64,000 nucleotides of DNA from Polyangiaceae bacterium (GTDB lineage: Bacteria > Myxococcota_A > Polyangia > Polyangiales > Polyangiaceae). The stretch spans positions 2,592,001-2,656,000 of the forward strand of contig CBDCTZ010000016.1 of assembly GCA_965222375.1 (NCBI GenBank). The letters run 5' to 3'. This document shows, piece by piece, positions 56,415-64,000 of the stretch. Within the stretch, counting starts at the first letter, position 1. Each line of letters starts with the position of its first letter. The position numbers were made by a program, and so were the translations under genes. The notes under the pieces were generated by a model. That model was not told where the DNA came from, did no database searches, and saw nothing but the letters and a program-made list of their open reading frames with translations.

Positions 56415-57061
56415 CGCCGACGAGGCTGTGGGAAGACGGCGCTCACCGAACGAAAGTAGCGATAGTAGGCCAGAACTTTGGCCACGTAGTGGCGCGTCTC
56501 TTCGTAGGGCGGAATTCCACCGTGTCGCGCCACGGCGCCTTCCCCGGCGTTGTAACCCGCAATCGTGAGGGACAAATCTCCGTTGAACAGATTGGCCAAC
56601 ACGCGCAGATAACGGACGCCGCCGAAGATGTTCTGCCGCGGGTCGAAGATATCGGTCACCATCATTCTCTCGGCCGTCTCCGGAATGAGCTGCATAAGCC
56701 CCCGGGCGTTGGCGCGAGACACGGCTCGGGGGTCGTAGTCGCTTTCGACTTTGATCACGGCACGTACCAACTCTTCCGGAATTTGGTAGAGCGTTGCGGC
56801 CTGGCGAATGTGGGCGTCGTAGCGTGTGAAGCGTTCGGCGGACGTGTCGCTGGGGAGGATGGGTTTGACTTTGGGCCGCTTCCTCTCTTTCGTGACCAGC
56901 TTGCTCTTCTTGCCGCGGGGAACGTTGGTAAAGGAGACCACCCCATGCTCGTCCACGGTCTTGTAGATGTCCGCCTGGCTAGCGGGCGACGTCAGGAGCA
57001 AAGCGAGCGCGCCACCGGCGGCGAGGCCCAGGGGAAGCTTCCTTTTTGCCGTGAGATTCAT
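56411..57061 (-). CDS. Lytic transglycosylase (SLT domain) with N-terminal DUF4124-like domain
   Basis: Signal peptide; DIYKTVDEHGVVSFTN; AVIKVESDY...GLMQL.PETA; YNAGEG; PPYEETRHYV. Confidence 0.92.
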   Translation of the reverse strand: MNLTAKRKLPLGLAAGGALALLLTSPASQADIYKTVDEHGVVSFTNVPRGKKSKLVTKERKRPKVKPILPSDTSAERFTRYDAHIRQAATLYQIPEELVRAVIKVESDYDPRAVSRANARGLMQLIPETAERMMVTDIFDPRQNIFGGVRYLRVLANLFNGDLSLTIAGYNAGEGAVARHGGIPPYEETRHYVAKVLAYYRYFRSVSAVFPQPRRR

Positions 57062-57278
57062 CGAACTCCGAAATGGTAGCGGTGCTGCGGGCGAAAGGTC
57101 CAGCAAACCGAAAAATACTCGTGCGTGATGGTAAACGCTCGTACAGCCAGACGCATTCCCTCAGGCCGCGCCCTCCGGCGCGGCTGCAGGCCACAGGATT
57201 GGCGGCTTTTTCCTCGATCTGCGCCAGCGCCTGAGCCGCCTCGTTGACTCGCCGAAGTCATCGGGCGATAGCTTTTTC

Positions 57279-57800
57279 ATGATCGAGCTCCGACCGAAAA
57301 CCCTACAGCGCATCCGTGACCAACTCCTCGATCTGGGGGCACCCCCCAGCACGCACTTCATGCGGGCGGCGGACGCCGACGATCCATTCTCCGGGGACGA
57401 CGATGCGCGCGCCCGTTTCGAGGCGCTGTTTGAGGCCATGTACCTGATGGTGGTTGCTGACGGCACCGTGGCTGACGTCGAGCGTGAGGTTCTGCGTGGG
57501 GCGGTTCGGGGTCTGACGGACAACGCCGTGCGAACCAAGCACATCGAAAAGCTGATGGGGGAGTGCGACGCGCGAGTGAAAGAGGGTGTCAAGGCACGCC
57601 TCGCGGCGATCGCGCCCGTCCTGAAAGAGGACGAAGCGTTGATTGACGCGGCGTTCTCGCTCGCGGCGGCGATCGCTTTCGCGGACGACGAAATCCAGGA
57701 TCAGGAAAACGACTTGATCAATGACCTGGCGGATGTCCTAGGCCTGGGTGCGGAACGCGCCGAGGACCTGTTGATGGCATTGGAGAAAGACTCCGAGTAG
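57279..57800 (+). CDS. TerB-family (tellurite-resistance-like) protein
   Basis: Two ADG.V...E / ADDEI...E motifs, LADVLGL. Confidence 0.8.
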   Translation: MIELRPKTLQRIRDQLLDLGAPPSTHFMRAADADDPFSGDDDARARFEALFEAMYLMVVADGTVADVEREVLRGAVRGLTDNAVRTKHIEKLMGECDARVKEGVKARLAAIAPVLKEDEALIDAAFSLAAAIAFADDEIQDQENDLINDLADVLGLGAERAEDLLMALEKDSE

Positions 57801-57824
57801 ATCGAGCCAGACGTCCGGACTGGC

Positions 57825-59732
57825 TCAGGTTTCGGTGAGGTAGGTGTAGCTGCGAAGGGCAGATTCGTAGTGCTGCATCAGCGTGCGCATCTGCTCGTTG
57901 GTCAGCCTGCCACTTTGTACCGCTCGATCGGCTTGGCGGCGCACAGCTTCGACCATGTCTTCGGGTACGTATTCCACGTAGCGCAGCACTTCAGCGATGC
58001 TGTCGCCTTTCACTACATGGCGCACTTCGTATCCGTCGTCGGTCAGTGCGACATGCACTGCGTTCGTGTCCCCGAAGAGGTTGTGCAGGTCTCCCAGGAT
58101 CTCTTGGTACGCGCCGTTCAGAAACATGCCCAAGTAGTAGGGGCGGTCCTTGGACCACTCGTGCACCTCGAGTACGTGCTTGTCTTCTTCCACGTCGATG
58201 AAGTTGTCCACGACGCCATCGCTGTCACAGGTGAGGTCCGCCAAGCGTGCCGTGACCGTGGGCCGCTCCGAAAGCCGGTGAATCGGCACGATTGGGAAAA
58301 GTTGATCGATTGCCCAAATGTCGGGTGCCGACTGAAACAGACTGAAATTGCAGTAGTAGATCGCGCTCAGGGTCTGCTCCAGGTGCGACAGCTCTTCGGG
58401 CACGAACTTCAGTCGTTTGAGTCGCTCCTGGATCTTCTCACAGCACGCCCAAAACAGTCGCTCTGCCTGGGCGCGTTCCCGCAGTCCCAGGTAACCGTAT
58501 TTGAAGAGGTTCTGCGCCTCTTCTTTCGCCTGGCTGGCGTCATGCCAGCTCTCCTGAACGTTCTTTACGCTGATGCCGCGGTAGGTTTCGTACAGGTCTT
58601 TGAGCAGGCGGTGGGTCGCCGTGGTGGGTTCGACGGGATCTCCAAATCGGACTTCGCTGGTGCCAACTACCTCGAACACGAGGACTGAGTGGTGCGCCGC
58701 TATGGCTCGCCCGCTCTCACTGACGAGGGTCGGCACCTCCACCTCGGACTTGGTGCAGGCTGCCTGAATGTGAGACACCACATCTGCGGCGTATTCGGCG
58801 AGGCCGTAGTTCTTGGATGCATGGAAGTCCGTTTTGGAGCCGTCGTAGTCGATGGCCAAACCACCGCCCACGTCCAGGTAGCCCATGGCGCAACCCAGCT
58901 TAGCGAGCTCCACGTAGATGTTGGCAGCTTCTTGGATGGCGCTCTTGATCGGAATGATGCTGGAGATTTGGCTCCCGATGTGAAAGTGGAGCAGCACCAG
59001 CGAGTCGAGCATGTCGCGCTCGGCCAGGGTATCCACCAGTTCCACGATCTCGCTGGAAGACAGCCCGAACTTCGCGCGGTCCCCCGCGGAGGCTGCCCAG
59101 CGGCCAACGCCTTTGGTGGTCAACTTTGCGCGCACGCCCAACATGGGCTTGATGCCGAGCTTCTCCGAGGCACGCAAGACAACGTCTAACTCGTCGGCAC
59201 GTTCCAGTACCACGATTACGGTCTTGTCGAACTTCTGTGCGACCAAGGCGGTCTCGATGTAGCTGTGATCTTTATAGCCGTTGCAGATGATCAGCCCGCC
59301 AACGTCTTGCATCGCCGCTAGGGCAATCAACAGTTCGGGCTTGCTACCCGCCTCGAGGCCGAATTGCCATTGCCGACCCGCATCGACGATGGCTTCCACC
59401 AAGTGGCGCTGCTGATTGACCTTGACCGGGAAAACTCCGCGGTAGCCGGCCCCGTATTCGTGTTCGCGAATCGCGTGGGCGAAGCACTCGTTGATGCGCC
59501 GAATCCGGTGCCCGACGAGGTCTGGAAAGCGGATCAACAATGGGAGTTCGATGCCGCGTGCTTTCAGCCCCTCGGTCAGCTCGGACAGATTGATGCTGCC
59601 CTCACGAGTCGGATCCGGACGCACCACCATTTCGCCCGACTCGGACACGGAGAAGTACGGCGCGCCCCAGCCGCTCACCTGGTACAGTTGCGCGCTCTTG
59701 TGGGCCGACCACTCGTCGTCTTCTTCTTTCAC
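57825..59732 (-). CDS. speA: Biosynthetic arginine decarboxylase
   Basis: LYQVSGWGAPYF, VFPVKVNQQR, GLEAGSKPEL, HFHIGSQI, DVGGGL.IDYDGS, ESGRA, LTCDSDG, GAYQEILGDLHNLFGDTN. Confidence 0.96.
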   Translation of the reverse strand: MKEEDDEWSAHKSAQLYQVSGWGAPYFSVSESGEMVVRPDPTREGSINLSELTEGLKARGIELPLLIRFPDLVGHRIRRINECFAHAIREHEYGAGYRGVFPVKVNQQRHLVEAIVDAGRQWQFGLEAGSKPELLIALAAMQDVGGLIICNGYKDHSYIETALVAQKFDKTVIVVLERADELDVVLRASEKLGIKPMLGVRAKLTTKGVGRWAASAGDRAKFGLSSSEIVELVDTLAERDMLDSLVLLHFHIGSQISSIIPIKSAIQEAANIYVELAKLGCAMGYLDVGGGLAIDYDGSKTDFHASKNYGLAEYAADVVSHIQAACTKSEVEVPTLVSESGRAIAAHHSVLVFEVVGTSEVRFGDPVEPTTATHRLLKDLYETYRGISVKNVQESWHDASQAKEEAQNLFKYGYLGLRERAQAERLFWACCEKIQERLKRLKFVPEELSHLEQTLSAIYYCNFSLFQSAPDIWAIDQLFPIVPIHRLSERPTVTARLADLTCDSDGVVDNFIDVEEDKHVLEVHEWSKDRPYYLGMFLNGAYQEILGDLHNLFGDTNAVHVALTDDGYEVRHVVKGDSIAEVLRYVEYVPEDMVEAVRRQADRAVQSGRLTNEQMRTLMQHYESALRSYTYLTET

Positions 59733-59861
59733 AGTAAAACAATCCGACTGATGCCGGGGAGGGCTACCCGGCGGGCGACTCAATAGCGCGCACCTGCCGG
59801 GAGCGGGAGTCATTTTTTCGCTTGGCTGCGACCGATCAGGTTACGCGCTTGTCGCGATGCC

Positions 59862-60845
59862 TCAGCCGCCCGCCCAGAAGGTCGTGGGCAGGGCGTCACG
59901 TTTCCACAACGAGAGGAAATCCATGAGGAAGGCGACGGTGATGTGCACCAGGAAGCCCGAATAGATGCTCTTGGTTCGCAAGGCCAATGAGCCCAGGACG
60001 ACACCAGCCACGATGGCGCCATGCGCTTCTAGATAGGGCTTACCGTAGTGAATCATGCAGTAGGGAACGGCCATCGCAAAAATTGCCGCCGCCCCCAAGC
60101 TCTTGCGCAGGGCGCCGACGATCCAGCCTCGGAAGAACATTTCCAGGGTCAGGAACTGAACGAAGTACATCGCCTCCCAGATCAGAAAGTCGAACCAACT
60201 TCGGGAGCTGTTCTTGTAGAAGGGATAGTAGGTTCCGAAATCGGGCTGGGATGCCACGATGGCCATGACCGGCAACACCACGGCGAGACATAGCCCGTAG
60301 ATCCAGGCGTGTTTGAAGAAGCCGCGGATCCGGTAGCCCATGTCCAGCAGCGAGTCCTTGGGGAAGAGCAGTTTCCAGAGCGGGAGCGGTATCAGGACGT
60401 AGCCCCCGGCACGGGAGAGCACCCACCAGCCGTAGCCGTATAGCTCGTCGTACTTCTTGAGCTTGACCCAGGTAGTGCCGCCTGCGTCCCAGTCCACGAG
60501 AACGGGGCGAATCACCGTGTCGTAGAACTGACGCCCCCCGTAGTACTCCTGCAGGGTCAGCACGACCGCAACGATGCCCAGGCAAACCGCCGGCCGAAGA
60601 TCCAACTCACCGGTGGCGACTCGCGCAGCGCGAGCTTCGGCGGCCTCCGCGTCGAGTTCCTTCCAAGTGTCCTTGAAGAACCACCAAATTGGTGGGGCAA
60701 TGGCGATCAGGATCGGGATCGGTAGCAGCGCTTTGATGGGCGGATAGCCCATCATCGAGTCAAACCACCCAACCGTCTTGAGTTGGGTGAGGGGCAACAC
60801 CAACTTCTCGGTTGGTGCTAGCCAGAACCAGAGCGCAGCCAGCAT
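59862..60845 (-). CDS. CPBP-family (Rce1/Abi) intramembrane glutamic endopeptidase
   Basis: LEMFFRG, YCMIHYGKP, G.VLG.LALRTKSI..GFLVH; multiple TMs. Confidence 0.88.
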   Translation of the reverse strand: MLAALWFWLAPTEKLVLPLTQLKTVGWFDSMMGYPPIKALLPIPILIAIAPPIWWFFKDTWKELDAEAAEARAARVATGELDLRPAVCLGIVAVVLTLQEYYGGRQFYDTVIRPVLVDWDAGGTTWVKLKKYDELYGYGWWVLSRAGGYVLIPLPLWKLLFPKDSLLDMGYRIRGFFKHAWIYGLCLAVVLPVMAIVASQPDFGTYYPFYKNSSRSWFDFLIWEAMYFVQFLTLEMFFRGWIVGALRKSLGAAAIFAMAVPYCMIHYGKPYLEAHGAIVAGVVLGSLALRTKSIYSGFLVHITVAFLMDFLSLWKRDALPTTFWAGG

Positions 60846-60861
60846 GTGGAGGTGCTCCTGC

Positions 60862-62325
60862 TCAGGCGTTCTTCGCGATCGCCGCGCCGCGTCGCAACCT
60901 AGCTAGACTCTGCTCTCGGTCCAACACGACCATTACGTCGAAGAGGGGCGGACTCGCGCTTCGACCGGTTAGCGCTACTCGCGCTGGTTGTGCCACTTCT
61001 TTCATCTTGATGCCGCGCTCCTCCACGAAGCTGCGGAACAACTGCTCCAACTGAGTAGCCTCGAAAGGCTCTGCTGTCTCGAACAGGTCGGCAAGCGCTT
61101 CGAGGTGCGGTGCGGCAGCTGGCTTCAAGAACTTCCCCTTGGCCTTCTCGTCGAGCTCCGGTTCTGCGCGAAAATAGTAGTCTAGAGCGTGAGCGGCTTC
61201 GACGAGAGTGTGCGCTCGCTCACGGATCGTCGGCAGCGCCCGGCGCAGAGTTTCCGGGTCGACCTCCAGGCCGCGTGCTCGCAGGAAGGGCGCCACTGCC
61301 GCCTCATACTCACGGCAGGGCATGAGGCTGTCTTGTTTGAGGTGTTCAAAGGCGACGTCGGCGAACTTCTTCTCGTCGAACTTGCCGTCACTCTTGTTGA
61401 CCTTCGCCCAGGAAAACAGCTCGATCAGCTGCTCTTTGGTGAACAGTTCCTGATCCCCATGAGACCAGCCAAAGCGTACCAAATAGTTGAGCACACCAGC
61501 TGGCGTGAAGCCCCGCTCCCGGTACTCCTCGACGCTAACCGCCGCATGGCGCTTCGAGAGCTTCTCCCCCTTTGGCGAGAGCATCATGGGCAGGTGTGCG
61601 AACTCCGGCACTGACCAGCCGAAGGCGTCGTAGAGCATGACCTGCTGCGGGGTGTTTCCGATGTGGTCGCGGCCGCGTGCGACGAGCGTAATGCCCATGG
61701 CGTGGTCATCAACGACGCAACCCAAGTTGTAAAGTGGGAAGCCATCGCTGCGCACGATCACGAAGTCTTGTTGCACGGAGTTTGGAGTCGAAACCCGCCC
61801 AAATACCTTGTCCTCGAAATCCGTTGATCCTCCGGATTCGGTCTTGAACCGTACGACGAAGGGTCGGTCAGGCGCATCACTGCGGTTCCGACAGGTGCCG
61901 GGGTAGACGAATTGAGCCTTTGGGTCTTGCTCCTTGAGCGCGGCCCGAGCGGCGTCCAATTCGGCTTTCGTGCAGTAGCAGCGGTACGCCTTGCCCTCGC
62001 TTACCAGGTGCTCCGCGGCCTGTCGGTATTGGTCCTTGCGCTCGCTTTGAAAGTAGGGGCCATGGGGCCCGCCGACTTCCGGACCTTCGTCCCAGTCCAT
62101 CCCGAGCCATTTGAGGGATTCGAGAATCGCTTTCACGCTGTCGATGCTGGACCGCTCTTGATCCGTGTCTTCGATCCGGACGATGAAGCTGCCGCCTTGA
62201 CCTCGCGCCCACAGCCAGTTGAACAGAGCTGTGCGCGCTCCCCCGATGTGGAGGTAGCCGCTGGGCGAAGGCGCAAAGCGCACGCGGGGACCGCTCATAG
62301 GCGCCTCGGGTATCACTTCTGACAA
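60862..62325 (-). CDS. gltX: Glutamate--tRNA ligase
   Basis: RFAPSPSGYLHIGGARTALFN, RIEDTD, CYC, KLSKR, PARVALTG. Confidence 0.97.
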   Translation of the reverse strand: MSEVIPEAPMSGPRVRFAPSPSGYLHIGGARTALFNWLWARGQGGSFIVRIEDTDQERSSIDSVKAILESLKWLGMDWDEGPEVGGPHGPYFQSERKDQYRQAAEHLVSEGKAYRCYCTKAELDAARAALKEQDPKAQFVYPGTCRNRSDAPDRPFVVRFKTESGGSTDFEDKVFGRVSTPNSVQQDFVIVRSDGFPLYNLGCVVDDHAMGITLVARGRDHIGNTPQQVMLYDAFGWSVPEFAHLPMMLSPKGEKLSKRHAAVSVEEYRERGFTPAGVLNYLVRFGWSHGDQELFTKEQLIELFSWAKVNKSDGKFDEKKFADVAFEHLKQDSLMPCREYEAAVAPFLRARGLEVDPETLRRALPTIRERAHTLVEAAHALDYYFRAEPELDEKAKGKFLKPAAAPHLEALADLFETAEPFEATQLEQLFRSFVEERGIKMKEVAQPARVALTGRSASPPLFDVMVVLDREQSLARLRRGAAIAKNA

Positions 62326-62464
62326 AATCCGGCTACTACGGGCTACAAGTTACGGGCAGTAAATATATGAAATTATTGGATATTTGTGCCTGCCTTGCGA
62401 CGGCCTTCGGCCCTTGCTAGAAGGCCCGCCCCGCACGCCTTGCGCGCGCGGCCTGGAGACGACG

Positions 62465-62869
62465 ATGAAAAAGACCCCGCTAGCGCTCGTCAAAGAGCGT
62501 TTCGAAAGCAAAGAGAAGTTGGCTGCCGCCGTCGAGAAACTGGCCGTCAAGGGCTTGTGGCTCGATCGCACCAGCACGAGGGGCCTGGGCCGAGTTTCCA
62601 ACGCCAAGCTCTTGCACCTGCACGACGTTCTGACTGAAGCAAAGAAGGACTTCGGAAGCCGGGACAAACTCATCGCCGCGATTCTGGAGGCGGAGAAGCG
62701 CTCCAAAGACGCTGGCTACAAGACGCGGCTCGAGGGGCACCCGCTACCCCGGCTCCTCGATCAGCACCGCGCTGCAACTCGCCGCCGAACTCGCGCAGAG
62801 AAGAAAGCAAAAGCCAAGCCCGCGCCGAAGAAGAAGGCCGCGAGCAAAGCCAAGTCCGCCTCGGCCTGA
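62465..62869 (+). CDS. Small basic hypothetical protein with Lys/Ala-rich tail
   Basis: SD GGAG, MKKTPLALVKERFESKEKL...; histone-H1-like AKAKPAPKKKAA tail. Confidence 0.75.
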   Translation: MKKTPLALVKERFESKEKLAAAVEKLAVKGLWLDRTSTRGLGRVSNAKLLHLHDVLTEAKKDFGSRDKLIAAILEAEKRSKDAGYKTRLEGHPLPRLLDQHRAATRRRTRAEKKAKAKPAPKKKAASKAKSASA

Positions 62870-62920
62870 GTTTCCGCGCGGGGCCATCAAAGCACCCCTC
62901 AGCGCTGGTCGCCAAAAACT

Positions 62921-62952
62921 AGAAAAAGGCGGGCCACCTCGTTCGGGCCGCC
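62921..62952 (-). terminator. Possible intrinsic terminator for the DUF2505-like gene
   Basis: Minus strand GGCGGCCC..GGCCCGCC imperfect stem followed by TTTTTCT. Confidence 0.4.
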
Positions 62953-62991
62953 CACCTCCAATCCTCGAGCACTACGCCGAAGCTGCGCCTC

Positions 62992-63501
62992 CTACAGGCC
63001 CTTTTCGGCGATGTACTTGTTCGTGAACTCCGCGCCCTTGGCGTAGCTGGTCTCCATGTCACCGATGACCTGCTTCTCGACCATGCCGCCGACTCCGAAG
63101 ATCTTCACGTTCACTTTGGCTTCGAAGATGCGGTTCACCTTGCCGTCGCCCGCAGGCTCCACGTACAGCACTCCCTCAATCTTGATCTTTTCACTCAGCT
63201 TGTTGGGTGTGATCTTGATGCTGTAGCGCTTGGATTTTTTGTCGAAGGTCCCCTCTTCCCGATAGCCCAGGCCGTCTCCAATCAGTTTCTTGACGGGGCC
63301 GGGCATAGGGCCGAGCTTGGGCACCACGTCGATGGTGCGCCGAATGCTGGAGTTGTCTTCCTTCTGGTCGACTACCTCGTAGCCCGGGAATTCGAGGGCC
63401 TTCTTGAACAGCTCCTCGTTGTAGCCGGACTCGAAGAAGATCTTGTCCCAGAAAGTGTCCTCATTGCAGTTGTAAATATGCTCGATTTTGACGTCGGCCA
63501 T
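62992..63501 (-). CDS. DUF2505-like (START/SRPBCC fold) protein
   Basis: Pattern ending VKIFGVGGMVEKQVI; SD GAGGGAG. Confidence 0.7.
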   Translation of the reverse strand: MADVKIEHIYNCNEDTFWDKIFFESGYNEELFKKALEFPGYEVVDQKEDNSSIRRTIDVVPKLGPMPGPVKKLIGDGLGYREEGTFDKKSKRYSIKITPNKLSEKIKIEGVLYVEPAGDGKVNRIFEAKVNVKIFGVGGMVEKQVIGDMETSYAKGAEFTNKYIAEKGL

Positions 63502-63815
63502 GGTGCTCCCTCGTTGATGCAAATGGGCGGATCCCGCGACGGGGGCCGTAGCGTAGTCACTCGCCCGCGCTTGTCACCCCCTCTGGCCGGTCTTTCGAAA
63601 CGGCGACATCGGAGCAGATCTCCAGAACCTGCTCGCGGCTGCTTTCCGCCGGGGCGGGGCCATCTGCGGCGTTGACGCTCCTCGAAATACTCTGGGTATT
63701 CCTTCGTCGCGCCGCCTTGCAGCTGGCACCGCCGCGGCCCGAAATCAGCTCTCTCGAGGTTCTGAGCTCTGCTCTTTGTTGCTGAGGATTCGCGCCTGGA
63801 ACCATAATCCCGGCC

Positions 63816-64000
63816 GTGTCGGACGCAGGGACCCTCTCGAGCCCATTGCCACGCACCAACCTCAGCTGGTGGGGCCAGGCGGTTGCTGTGCTGGACAAGG
63901 ATATCCGTATCGAACTTCGCACTGGGGAAGTCGTTACGACGAGCGGGTTCTTCGCTGTGCTGCTGGTGGTGATGGCGTCCTTCTCTCTCTACGGCGGCCC
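63816..64000 (+). CDS. ccmB: Heme exporter protein CcmB, N-terminal part (runs off the window)
   Basis: Manual translation ...WWGQAVAVLDKDIRIELRTGEVVTTSGFFAVLLVVMASFSLYGG matches the CcmB KDLR.E.R start followed by a TM; not in the ORF track. Confidence 0.8.
   Translation, partial: MSDAGTLSSPLPRTNLSWWGQAVAVLDKDIRIELRTGEVVTTSGFFAVLLVVMASFSLYGG

Noticed and set aside
55362..57800. WYL + TerB + SLT as a phage-defence island
   Set aside because: No nuclease, ATPase, methylase or other defence effector nearby; neighbours are housekeeping genes in mixed orientation
59862..60845. CPBP protease as the dedicated myxosortase for the MYXO-CTERM proteins
   Set aside because: It sits between gltX and speA, and motif reading cannot assign it to the myxosortase subfamily; an HMM search is needed

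Overview
GC-rich bacterial chromosome segment whose gene content points to Myxococcota, most likely Polyangiaceae/Sorangiineae (inference): four Hanks-type Ser/Thr kinases, TPR-PEGA proteins, many Cys-rich lipoproteins, MYXO-CTERM tails and an AgmX/PglI-like domain. Housekeeping genes include tatA, an aminotransferase, cyoE, an FKBP PPIase, metG, deoA/pdp, egtD, speA, gltX and a partial ccmB. Main points of interest: (1) a three-gene minus-strand surface-protein operon (43693-55048) divergent from a WYL-domain regulator, in which two tandem paralogs share a nearly identical ~3 kb Cys-rich stalk plus MYXO-CTERM but carry divergent vWA (MIDAS) heads, followed by a translationally coupled lipoprotein with an FGE/SUMF1-like head; (2) a complete 3003-bp IS66 with 22-bp terminal inverted repeats, an 8-bp target duplication and a convergent cargo ORF; (3) two chimeric deletion scars not visible in the ORF track; (4) a 36-36-36 bp repeat-spacer-repeat after metG, plus co-varying tandem hairpins and a candidate structured RNA beside the IS; (5) an ECF sigma module followed by two lipoproteins sharing an unrecognised Cys-rich C-terminal domain. 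All family calls come from reading motifs by eye; no database searches were run, and start codons are best guesses.
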